A stretch of DNA of 64,000 nucleotides from contig NC_043007.1 of NCBI RefSeq assembly GCF_006345805.1, positions 22,692,001 through 22,756,000 on the forward strand, written 5' to 3'. A model generated the notes under the pieces. It did no database searches. It saw only the letters and a list, made by a program, of their open reading frames with translations, and had not been told where the DNA came from. Each line of letters starts with the position of its first letter. The stretch's first letter is position 1. Made by a program: the position numbers and the translations under genes. Below, in pieces: positions 38,100 to 50,537 of this stretch. Source of the stretch: Octopus sinensis. Taxonomy: Eukaryota.

Positions 38100-38583
38100 T
38101 TAACCCTTTCGTTACCAACCCGGCTGAAACCGACTCTAGCTCTGAGTACAAATGTCTTGTTTTCGTAAGTTTTGAATTAAAATCTTCCACCAAACCTTTG
38201 TCACAATTTATGTTCCTAACACTAGTTTAATGATAACTAAGTTATTTTACTAAATTCTTTGTTATATTTAAAATTAATTGAAAGAAACACAGAGCATCTC
38301 AAAATAAATACAGTAACGAAAGGGTTAAACAAGAGTCAGAGAAAACACATCTTAACCCTTTCTTTACCATATTTCTGTTGAGATGCTTTGTGTCTCTTTC
38401 AAATAATTTAAAATATAACAAAGAATTTAGTCAAATAACTTATTTAACATTAAGCTAGAGTTAAGGAACATAAATTGTGACTAAGGTTTGGTGGAAGATT
38501 TTAATTCAGAACTTTTGAAAAACAAGACATTCGTACTACAGAGACAGAGGCAGTTTCAGGTAGGTTGGTATCACAAGGGTTAA
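38100..38583. mobile_element. Inverted pair of TTAA-flanked MITEs family 1 (38100-38328 and 38352-38583)
   Basis: Opposite orientations, 23-bp spacer. Confidence 0.85.
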
Positions 38584-38934
38584 ATGGATAATGGACTATA
38601 CTTATGTTTCATACAGATAACTCTACAGAGGATGTTTAAGATGATGGCCTTTTCCTCTCTTCATACACATGTACACACTTCCCTTTTTAATAAACTCACC
38701 TCTTCATCTCCCATATAAATATAAACCATTAAATTTCAATGTTAATGTGAAACTAACAGTTCTGGTGTGTTCTTAAATGGCTTACAAACATCTACCACAC
38801 TGCAATTGTTTTCATCAATATATTGCTATTGTCCAATTCTTGTTGCCATTGATTACAGCCCTTCCTCTTATTGCTATATGGCTTTTGCTGATAGGAAGAT
38901 TAAAATCACCACACACACTAACTATATATATATT

Positions 38935-39684
38935 CTTTTATTCTTTTACTTGTTTCAGTCATTTGACTGCGACCATGCTGGAGCACTGCCTTTGGTCAAG
39001 CAAATCAACCCCGGGACTTATTCTTTGTAAGCCTAGTACTTATTCTATCGGTCTCTTTTGCCGAACCGCTAAGTTACGGGGACGTAAACACACCAGCATC
39101 AGTTGTCAAGCGATGTTGTGGGGACAACACAGACACACACACATATATATATATATATACATATATATGACAGGCTTCTTTCAGTTTCCGTCTACCAAAT
39201 CCACTCACAAGGCTTTGGTCGGCACAAGGCTATATTATAAGACACTTGCCCAAGATGCCACACAGTGGAACTGACCCCAGAACCATGTGGTTGATAAGCA
39301 AGCTACTTACCACACACCCACTTCTGCGCCTATATATATATATATAAGGCGGCGAGCTGGCAGAAACGTTAGCACGCCGGGCGAAATGCGTAGCCGTATT
39401 TCGTGTTTTTGTTGAACAATTTGACCCCAGGACTTATTTTTAAGTCCTAGTACTTATTCTATCGATCTCTTTGCCAAACTGTTAAGTTACAGGGACGTAA
39501 TCACACCAACAGCGGTTGTCAAGTGACAATGGGGGAACAAAGACAAGACACATCTGTACATATATGTGTCATCATCATCGTTTAACGTCCGCTTTCAATG
39601 ATGATGATGACACATATGTACAGATGTGTCTTGTCTTTGTTCCCCCATTATCACTTGACAACCGCTGCTGGTGTGTTTACGTCC

Positions 39685-39753
<69 letters not shown>

Positions 39754-39950
39754 ATATACATACATACATACACGACAGGCTTCTTTTAGTTTCCACCAAC
39801 CAAATCCACTCACAAGGTTTTGATTGGCCTGAAGCTATAATGTCTGAGGCTATAGAAGACATTTGCCCAAGGTGCCACACAGTGGGACTGAACCCAGAAC
39901 CATGTGGTTGAGAAGCAAACCTCTTACCACACAGCCACACCTGCACTTAC
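38935..39950 (-). mobile_element. Two SINE A copies, the second containing a fold-back inverted duplication (39488-39689)
   Basis: Direct reading. Confidence 0.8.
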
Positions 39951-39953
39951 ATG

Positions 39954-40046
<93 letters not shown>

Positions 40047-40869
40047 CTCTTTTGGAATGGTGAACCTCAAAGTCGATAAAACTTTAAATAGGGAAAGTGG
40101 AAGGTATACACAAGTGTTGAAACACACACACACACACACACAGAATGTATCCCAGTTTTATAATTGGTGAGTGCCAAAAGGTGACTATAGGGGTGGCCCC
40201 TGGAAGGGAATCCAACTATAAAAGCTCTGTCTCAGAAAGTCTTATTCAACCCATACCAGCATGGAAAAGCCAAAAAAAAAAATTGAAGATGACAGTAATA
40301 TTTACACACACACACAGAGGGAGAGATCTGTGGAAGTGACAATCCAATTTGCCAAACTTCTGAGTAGAATGTCGTCAATAAATTGGGACCCATATCCAAG
40401 TAGGGAATGTGGAAGATTTCTCTATCTCTCAGCTGTTGCTCAGATTACGCCAAGTTATTCGAATGCACCTCTTCACAGTTAAAAGAGAACTGGCATTGGG
40501 AAGATTCTGGACCTCTTCGCATCGATGCTGCTAAACACCTGACTAATAGTCATGCCATGCTGTGGTATGTACTGTGGTTCATGCTGCTGTGGTCGATGCA
40601 TAGTTGTTGGTGTAAACCGTAATAGCTGTTGTTGTTGATAGGAAGACAGGAAGTGATGACAGAAATAGAAAGCTAATCGTTTAAATAGTTTTTGATGAAC
40701 AGAGGCAGTGGGGGTTATTTTCGAATGAACGCAGAGGGTTATTTTCATCACACGATCGTTGCAGGGGTGAGGAAGAAGATGGAGGATATTGACAGTAGGT
40801 TGATAGGAAGAGAAACAGCGAGGTTTAATAGTGAAACAGAGATACCGATAAACAGGCGACGAGGTGCAG

Positions 40870-40900
<31 letters not shown>

Positions 40901-43742
40901 GACAATGAAGGGAGAATAAATATGAGTGTCTTCCTTGAAAAATGTAAAATGTGATACAATGATAGGGTGAGTGTGACTCGCTGTTGTAGAGTAAGATGTG
41001 TGGAAAATGCAACTTGTAGGAAGAGTATGTAGGTAGGTAGAAGTCTAGAAGTTGTGTCGCAGAGTCAGAGAAAAACGGGGAAGAGAGATAGAGAAGGAAA
41101 AGATGTGAAGCTATTGAAAGAGGATGAATGAACAACGTGAGGATGGTTCGTGAGTGAAAGAGAAGATGATGTAGACTAAAAGTGCATGTGCCTGTAATGA
41201 CAACAAATCTATACGCAGTTGATTTTTGAGAAGCAGAAACGGCAGTGTCGGACTAAATACATGTTTATCTCTCTACGTTTCGAGTTCAAATCCTGTCGTG
41301 GCCGACTTCGCTGTACAACTCTCTGCAACGAGATCGAAAGGCAACAATGATGTGTGTTCAGTTCAATCAAGCAGATCTCGTTTCTCCAAATGTGTGGCAG
41401 TGTGCCAAATGTAAGAAATCATTATACAACATGGTGGAAAATCTTAATTGATATTGCGATAGTAATGACGAAGACGTCAATACAAGGATGCGTCTAAATT
41501 ATCAGGAATTAAGTAAACCCAAGGGGGAAGAGAGGAGACATGATAATGATGCACGCCAATAGAGATGTCCGAATATTTTTGTTCTGTAAATAATAAGAAT
41601 AATGATGGCGAAGAGGGGAAAGAAGAATACAAGATGGACAGGGGTGTGAATTGGAGAAATTAAATAACCTATGATTCTGGCAAGGACATAGAGAGTGTGG
41701 AGAGAGGGCAAGCAAAAGAAATCAATATTTTGGTCCGGCTTTTTCTCAGACAGCGTCGTCATGTGAGCTGAGACGATGCGGAAGCTCACTATATAATATA
41801 TATATGTGTTTACGTATGTGTGCGCGCCTGAGAGAGTCCACACTTTTTTGTCTAATATCTAACTTGTGTACATGCATTTCAGAATGCATATCTACGCATT
41901 TGGATATTTGGCATATGTCGAAGAGTGTGTTAAATGCTCGTTGGCTTGTGAGGGTGCGTGTATATACGTAAAATGCCAGTGATGCATATGTACGTACGAA
42001 GAATTGTGTATACATGTTCATATAGATCATGTGTATTTTTATTTTCCACACATAAAACGAAGCTTGGTTTTTATGTATGTGCAACTCTATACATGTCACA
42101 GATGTCTGTAACTCTACACATGAGAATTCTACACTTACACAACCACGCTAGCACATGCACATCAACCTTAAACCAAGCTGTACAACACAAGTATACGCCA
42201 CTGAGAGGAGTCTACACAGTCGCTCGAACTGCTAGAAATAGCAGTAAACTCTCCACTAACCCACTTCCTGTCATTTTAAAATAAAGAAAGGACTTGTCAG
42301 ATGAGATATATTTCTTTGCTACCCACAAGGGGCTGAACAAAGAGGGGACAAACAAGGACAGACAAAGGGATTAAGTCGATTACATAGACCCCGAAGGGAT
42401 GAAAGGCAAAGTCGACCTCGGCGGAATTAAGACTTTAAACAGGCGGATGGTCACGGTGTGAATGTCTTTAGGCATAAAGTCTGCTTGTTCAGAGTTGACT
42501 TGTAGTTAAATAGCAATTCAGCACGGCATTGCAAGTTTTACATTAAACAACACAGCCTTGCATACACTGCACCGTTTTTACAAACCATTATTATAACTCT
42601 GCACTAACAAGGAAGTTTCTATGTGGTCGTTTGACATGCTAGAAGTGGCAGCCAAATCTTCAAATCGCACCCAATCGTCTTAGAAACAAAAACGACACAC
42701 TGGATAATAGTGTAATCTCGTGTTGGCTGCATATATATATATAAAAAAAAAAAAAGACGAGATGGTCACAGTTGGAATGTTTCTGATCATAAGTCTATTC
42801 GATCAGAGCTGACCTGAAGCTCAACAGCCTCTGCGTTACACAGCGTACGCCAGACAAGCCCAGCAACTCTATAAATACTACTGTGCATTCATAAACCTTT
42901 ACAGCAATCGCCACTATATTATGTACGTCAGCCCTACTACTACTCACACTACACTTGGTTTCTCAGCTGACCCCTAATCAGCCGTAAAATGCCGACTTGT
43001 AACAGGCTGAGCGTGTGACATTTAGCGATCGCTTGAAAGTGGGGTGGCAATGGGAATAAGAGAAGACTTGACGGGTGAGAAAGAAAGGAATTAGAAATAG
43101 TGACCGTTTGAGTGGCTAGAGGAGAATTTGGTTAATATAACAAATATGGGTGTACACTGCAGTGAGTGTATATTTGCGGGGTAATGGAGAAAGAGAGAGA
43201 GAGAATCTTTAGGTGTGATTCTATGCGCATATGATTAGAACTAATGTGAAAGTTACACGGATGTATGATGTATCGTATTGTCCCTTTCCGTGTTTCGTTT
43301 CATGAAATACATTTTTTCCTACGTGATTATGTGCTGTAGGATTTTATTTATACATAAAACTGTGAACACAAAAAAGTGTCTACATATATACGTAGGATGT
43401 CGCATCGTACATCCTTGATTAGGTTTCGCGAAATGCACGATTTCAATAGATAGGGTGACACAAAAGGGTGGCTGTGTTTTTGTATGGCCACGGATGTGGA
43501 AGTATGGTGCAAAGCCTACATGCGTGGTACACAACGTGCTGTTGTTCAATTATATAAGCGTGTTCGAATACACAATGCCACATTCGTTTTTCTTTTTTAC
43601 AGCTATATCACCATTCATTCACGACTGCACGAATTGCTACACGCCATACGAAGACTTCCTATAGACGCATATAAACACTCTACACACTATCCAAAAATAC
43701 CTACACACCTAGACATGCGTATACACTTTTTGTATAGCATGT

Positions 43743-43789
<47 letters not shown>

Positions 43790-43812
43790 GTGTGTGTCTG
43801 TTGTACAGAGTG

Positions 43813-43855
<43 letters not shown>

Positions 43856-44126
43856 ATATGAGAGAGAGAAAATGTTTGTATTCGTCCATGGAAGTATTTG
43901 CGGAGTGCAACAATGTGTGTGTGTGTATATAGATAGATAGATAGACAGATAAAGAGAGAGAAAGAGTGTTACACATATGACTATGTGCCCGTATATTACT
44001 ATAAAGACTTTAATTAAAATCATGAAACCAAATAATTTTCAAAGTGACATTCATATATTTTTAAAGAATTAAGTATAGAAAATTTGTGTATTTAGAATAA
44101 ACGGTGAATACACACATGAACGAGCG

Positions 44127-44163
<37 letters not shown>

Positions 44164-44689
44164 TTTACATAAATTACCAAGCTGTCTATATACGTTACAG
44201 AACTGTTGTGTTCATGCTGTAAATGTATATACAATTACAATTTCTGTATATGCTAATTAACAATCAAACGAAAAGTGTCTACGTGTGCGAGAACCTGTAT
44301 GACAAATTAAATACACGTACATTGTTTGTGTGGATGTGAATGAACAGTAATAGATATAAACTTTTGAATGAGGACCACCAAGAGTGCGCATATGTGCGCG
44401 CGCTTGTATATTATATTATATATATATGTATGTATGTATATAGGCGTGTATTAATGCCTATATATATGCATATATAGGCGTGTGTTAATGCCATATTTCA
44501 CTGATTACGCGTGACATAGACCCTTAATATAGATAGACATATCTCGTTAGGTAAAGACCAAAAAGAAAAAGTGCTTAGAGAAACACAAATGTTGCGAGAT
44601 AAGTAAAGGGGTGTGCGAGACAGCGAGCGAGTATGTCAATTAGTGTTAAAACAGAAACCAAGATATATATATGTATATGAGGTACTTAC

Positions 44690-44809
44690 CCTGAACTCCT
44701 GTTCGAATCCAGTCATAGACGTCCTCTCGTCCTTAATTTCCAACTCGTTGACATGCTGAAGAAATTTCAGCAGAATTTCTTCTAAATTTGCCGTTGACAT
44801 TTGCGACAT
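44690..44809 (-). CDS. PTPN12: First coding exon of a PEST-family non-receptor protein tyrosine phosphatase (PTPN12/18/22-like); MSQMSTANLEEILLKFLQHVNELEIKDERTSMTGFEQEFR, phase-0 donor
   Basis: ATG at 44809 after an A-run, with an in-frame second ATG at 44800; 40 open codons ending at AGG|GTAAGT. EILLKFLQHV...F-QEF matches, from recall, human PTPN12 MEQVEILRKFIQRV...FARDFM and PTPN22 MDQREILQKFL...FANEFL, whose first intron I recall at the equivalent position. Paralog cannot be assigned from 40 aa. Confidence 0.72.
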
Positions 44810-45365
44810 TTTTTTTGTTTTTTCAACGTCTTGTCGTTGCTGAGAGTGTGCGTGTGTGTATATATGTGAGCTTTAATGCCTTTTGTGTATGTTATTGTGG
44901 TACAAGTATTAAACGTTGTGGCGGTGCTGTTTATGTGTGTGTGTATGTCAGTATGGTATGTTGTATTTAAATGCTAGTATGTCATGGTCTTGTTGTTTCT
45001 GGTGTGTCGTGGAATAGCTTATTAGTAGAGTATGTGTTGTTTTGTGTTGGGGTTTTTAATTTAGTGACAAGTGTGTGCAATGGTGTGTCAAAGACAAAAC
45101 GACAGTCCTTGCTTTTTCAGTGACTGTCCCTCTGTTGTCTGCCTTGTCCACTAGACCAGACAACAACCACTTTACAGGGACTGAAAGGTAAGGTGAGGGA
45201 ACAGTGAACAATATATATATAAATGTGTGTGTGAGTGAGTGAGAGAGAGAAGTATATTTGTAGATATGTGAAGAAATGAATAACAGCAAAAACCCAGAGT
45301 TAAAAGAGAAAAAGCATATATACAGGGCTATATATACAGATTTATAAAACTCATTTGTAAATGTG

Positions 45366-45415
<50 letters not shown>

Positions 45416-45773
45416 CAATAGGCCTAGTTGTGTTTATCTAAAGATATATGCCTGTGTAAAGGGAGGCTCCTTGACTCGTGTTAAAATCTTCCTGTTGCTG
45501 TTATTATCTGTAGTAGTACTAGTAATAACTATGAAAATTGTGGTTTGACTGGTGACAGGATTGTCGCAGGTAGATCGGGAGGGTGTAATGGAGAAATCCG
45601 GTTAGTTATTGTGTTGCTTTTAGCTTGGTTTTCCAAAGTAGCTTGCATCCTGGTTCGGATCGTCGTGGGTAACCTCCTTTGCCGGTAGACAGTGGTCTTT
45701 CTTCGTTCGTTAGTGCAAATTGTACATTAATAATATAAGCAAGGATACATTCACAAAGAAAAGGCTGTGTACG

Positions 45774-45813
<40 letters not shown>

Positions 45814-47000
45814 AAGTCGGTAAAGTATTTCCTTGTCTTGGCAAGTCAGGTCAGCTGCTGGCTAAAGAAAGCATTGACTAGTTGCAGTGCTTTCTTGAGA
45901 CGATGATTGCAGTGTTGTGGCCATCATTGTTGTATATCTGAAGGGGTGTTGTACAGTCGGTGAGTGACTCTGGTTGTACCGACTGTACACTGTTAATTAC
46001 AACCATCACTACTACTGCTGTAAGTAATTCTGCTACTGCTGTTCTTTTTGACGCAGCAATCAGAATGTGCGTGTATGGTTCAAACTGCAGAAGAGATAGA
46101 TAGATAGACAGATGGATAGGTAGATTAGCAGAGAGTGCTAAATGCGAAGACTACGCCGTGAGAAGGAGAGAATGAAGAACAGGAGTGGATAAGAATCGTA
46201 GATGGAGAAAAAGGAACGAGGAATGGAAAGAGAGAGAGAGAGAGCGAACGCTAAAGAGGAAAGATTATAAGCGACGGACAAGTAATATAAATTGGGTAAA
46301 AGTGGAAACACAAAAAAAAAAGGAAGGAGTGTGAGAGGTAAATAGAGATGAGGGAGGTGAGATAAATAGATCGATGCCTAAACTGTAAGCATAAGAAATA
46401 GATACGAAGTGAGCGGGGGAATTAATTGTAAATTAAGAGTGATCGATAGACAAAGGAGTGGTGGAGCGAGGGAACACACACGGGGAGGAGAGGAGGAGAA
46501 AGTTCGGGAGTTAAACAGAACACACAACTCGTGTGTCTAAATAGACTATTTTGCTCTCATCGCTTCCTCATTCTCAACCTCCACTTTCGACATTCTCTCT
46601 TTCTCCCCTATTTTATCTATGTTTATGTCTGACAACGCTTATGCCTCCCCCGTCTCTCTTCCCCGACATATAAATTGCTGAAATCTTTAGCTATCTATTT
46701 ACATAATTTTACTCTATTTTATACCTATACCACTTCTTCTCAGTATATCTTCCTCTAAATCTGTCTAATTATCAACCTCATACTTTCTCTCATTCCTCCT
46801 CATTTCCTCCCTCTCACCTTCTCGCTTCGTTTTCGTGTCTCCCACCATCTCTTCCATTCTTTTTTGCGTACATATCTCTCATCTTACATGTATCTCTTTC
46901 AAGCAAGAATTAAGTTGCTGAGCAATTTCAGTATGACTCGTGTAACGTATCTATGGAGAGCTAAATGCTTGCTTTGCAAATAAATATTTTCTTATTTCAA
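44810..47000 (-). promoter_or_regulatory. Probable 5'UTR/promoter region of the phosphatase gene
   Basis: Directly upstream of the ATG; largely TE-free, CpG-retaining, with GA/CT tracts. TSS cannot be located from sequence. Confidence 0.4.
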
Positions 47001-47479
47001 CCATGAGGGACCTCTACGTAGTCGCTCAACCTGCTAAAAATAACTGCCAAATCTTTAAATTACCCCTATCGTTTCGAAAAGAGAATGACACGTTGCATAA
47101 GGTAGCCCTAAACGCACAATAAGTGCCATTGATCCTGTTCCAACCTGGGCAGCCCTAGTTAGGGGTTAAATCACAATAACAGCATTTATCTACTAAATGC
47201 GAAGACAAAGAAGGAGGAAATCCAAGCCTTACTCTGTCTATCATGGAATTTTTTTGAAAATTTTATTTCCAGCCCTTACATAAAAGAAATTTTATCATTA
47301 TTTTTCTTCGGTAATTTCATGCAACTTTCTACTGCACTATCTGATGCACCTCTGTGTTCCTGAGGTGTGTACAGCATCGTGTCCTTATTTTTTGTGGGGG
47401 TTGGGGAGTGTTCGATTTCTGTTGGTGTACTGCATCAGTTTATTTTGTTGTCGATGTTATTAAGATCAAGACGGTGAGT

Positions 47480-47780
47480 TGGGAGAATCGTTACCGCACC
47501 GGACAAAAAGCTTAGTGGCATTTAGTCCGTCTTTACGTTCTGAGTTCAAATTCCGCCGGGGTCGTCTTTGCCTTTCATCCTTTTAGAGTCGATAAAATAA
47601 GTACCAGTTGAGCACTTCTTCTTCTTGTCTTGAGACAACATTCACCCGGGGTGGGTTGAGCTGGCTTCATTCATCCTCAATGCTGCATCTCTCACAAACG
47701 CCGACCAGTTGAGCACTGGGGTCGATGCAATCGACTTACCCCCTTACCAGAACTTGCTGGCTTTGTGCCTATCATAGAAA
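47480..47780 (+). mobile_element. SINE D interrupted by an 88-bp RTE-like 3' end (minus, 47616-47703) with a 13-bp TSD
   Basis: TSD accagttgagcac at 47603-47615 and 47704-47716; (GAA)n tail. Confidence 0.8.
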
Positions 47781-47782
47781 GG

Positions 47783-47836
<54 letters not shown>

Positions 47837-48027
47837 TGTGGGGTGGGGTGGATTGGTAGAATTGTTAGAGCAAAGCACAACATATTCTCACTATTTGTTC
47901 CAGCTCTTTACATTCCAAGGCCAAATCCTGGAGAGGCCAATTTTCACCTTTCATTCTTTTGGAGTGGATGAAATAAAGTACCAGTGAAGTACTGGGAACA
48001 ATATAATTGACTATTTCCTTCCCACAA

Positions 48028-48618
48028 GGCAGCGAACTGGCAGAATCGTTAGCATGCCGGGCAAAATGCTTAGTAGTATTTCGTCTGCCACTACGTTCTG
48101 AGTTCAAATTCCGCCGAGGTTGACTCTGCCTTTCATCCTTTCGGGGTCGATAAAATAAGTACCAGTTATGCACTGGAGTCGATATAATCAACTTAATCCG
48201 TTTGTCTATCCTTGTTTATCCTCTCTGTGTTTAGTCCCTTGTGGGTAGTAAAGAAATATACCGCTACGTTCTGAGTTCAAATTCCGCCAAGGTCGACTTT
48301 GCCTTTCATCCTTTCGGGGTCGATTAAATAAGTACCAGTTATGCACTGGAGTCGATATAATCAACTTAATCCGTTTGTCTATCCTTGTTTATCCTCTCTG
48401 TGTTTAGTCCCTTGTGGGTAGTAAAGAAATAGGTATTTCATCTACCGCTACGTTCTGAGTTCAAATTCCGCCAAGGTCGACTTTGCCTTTCATCCTTTCG
48501 GGGTCGATTAAATAAGTACCAGTTGCACACTGGGGTGAATGTAATCCACTTAATCCCTTTGTCTGTCCTTGTTTGTCCCCTCTATGTTTAGCTCTTTGTG
48601 GGCAATAAAGAAATAAAA
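48028..48618 (+). mobile_element. SINE D with three head-to-tail body copies
   Basis: Units about 48028-48258, 48259-48441 and 48442-48618. Confidence 0.85.
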
Positions 48619-48734
48619 ATCAGTTGAGCATCAGATGAAATATCTTGCAATATTTGTTCCTACACTCTGCACTCTGAATTCAAAACCCACTGAGGTCAAC
48701 TACGTTTTTCATGCTTACGGTGCCAATAACATAG

Positions 48735-49290
48735 TGAAGGTGCATGGGGCTGTGGTTAGGGTATATGGTTTAGTGGTTAGGGTAAGGTCATGAGTTCAAT
48801 TCACTGTGGCACATTACATCCTTGAGCAAGACACTTTATTTCGCATTGCTCCAGTCCACTCAGCTTGCAAAACTGAGTAGTACCTGTATTTCAAACGGCC
48901 AGGCTTGTCACATTCTGTGTCATACCGAATCTCCCTGAGAACTACCTTAACCCTTTCATTACCAGCCTGGCTGAAACCAGCTCTGGCTCTGTAGTACAAA
49001 TGTTTTGTTTTCATAAGTTTTGAATTAAAATCTTCCACCAAACCTTAATCGCAATTTATGTTCCTAACACTAGCTGAATGATAACTAAGTTATTTTACTA
49101 AAATTTTAGTTATGCTTAAAGTAATTGAAAGAAACACTGAGCATCTCAGAATAAATATGGTAATGAAAAAGTTAATGGTACGTGTGTCTGTGGAGTGCTC
49201 AGCCACTTGCACATTAATTTCATGAGCAGGCTGTTCTGTTGATCGACTCAACTGGAATCCTTGTCAACGTAACCAATGTAGTACCAGTCC
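48735..49290 (+). mobile_element. CORE-like SINE split at its TTAA by a family 1 MITE (48951-49171)
   Basis: The SINE motif gagaactac(g)TTAA(g)ggtac is interrupted, with TTAA duplicated at 48947-48950 and 49172-49175. Confidence 0.8.
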
Positions 49291-49682
49291 TGTTCAGTGG
49301 TTGATGGCATCAATGACTACCTCCGCTCCAAATTGCTGGCCTTGTGCTTAAATCAGAAACTATAACTGAGGCATTCAACAGGGAATTAGTGATGGATAAA
49401 AGTAATAATGCTCTCTGGGGGACTCTGAGCATCAATGAAAATCAGCTGGTTAATCCGTTTTGGAGAAGCTTTGGGCCAGGTTCCTCGGATAATTTCCAGC
49501 AATCCTAGGCCTGGCAGAAGCTGAGTTCATTGTGACGATTATTCTGCCACCTTCCTTTGGTTGGTAAAAGCAGCTGGTCTTTATCTGTCAGGTGGCTTCG
49601 GTGAAAGAGGTTGTGTAATGTGTGAGATTAAAAGAACTCGAAATAAACATCTTCCTCCTTGCCCAAGGAGGAAAATGTGTAT

Positions 49683-49689
<7 letters not shown>

Positions 49690-49722
<33 letters not shown>

Positions 49723-50490
49723 GTCTCCTTACCTTGACTTTGTGTGACAGTTGTAAACGAGTGCCACTGTCATACAAGTGGTGTCTTTAGTTTCCAACCA
49801 TTCAGGAAAACATAGCTTGTCATGGGGGAGTATTACCTTACCATGCCAGCATGAAAAAAGCGAGCATGAGCACCATTCGAGCGTGACCATTACCAGCGTC
49901 GCCTTACTGGCACTTGTGATGGTGTGCAGGTGGCATGTAAAAAACACGATTTTTTCGTGGCCATTGCCAGTACCGCCAGACTGGCCCTCGTGCACGTAAA
50001 AGCACCCACTACACTCTTGGAGTGGTTGGCATTAGGAAGGGCATCCAGCTGTAGAAACTCTGCCAGATCAGATTGGAGTCTGGTGCAGCCATCTGGTTCA
50101 CCAGTCCTCAGTCAAATCGCCCAACCCATGCTAGCATAGAAAGCGGACGTTAAACGATGATGATGACGATGATGATGATGATGATGACAGGAAACAAGTG
50201 AAGGTTGGTGACAGGAAGAGCATCTTGCTGTAGGAAATCCACCTCAACAAATTCTGTGCAACCCATGTGAGTCTGGGAAAATGGATATTAAAACAATGCT
50301 ACAACTAGTACTACTAATACTGATGATGATGATGATGATGATGTGGTGTGCCAGAGAGACAACTGCACTGGTATAGTCATGTGATACATATGGATGAGGA
50401 CAGCTGTGCAAAGAAGTGTTGATCTCTATCTGTGGAGGGAACCTGTGGAAGAGGTAGACCCAGGAAGACATGGCGCAAGGTGGTGAAGCA
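49690..50490 (+). mobile_element. RTE-clade 3' regions with (GAT)n tail and C-terminal ORF remnant
   Basis: Long RTE 3' UTR about 49760-50190; HVIHMDEDSCAKKC...TCGRGRPRKTW at about 50350-50490. Confidence 0.75.
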
Positions 50491-50506
50491 TGAATGTATG
50501 TATGTA

Positions 50507-50537
<31 letters not shown>

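Noticed and set aside
49370-49630. Possible Tx1/L1-like C-terminal remnant
   Set aside because: Only vague similarity from memory with several stops; not supportable.
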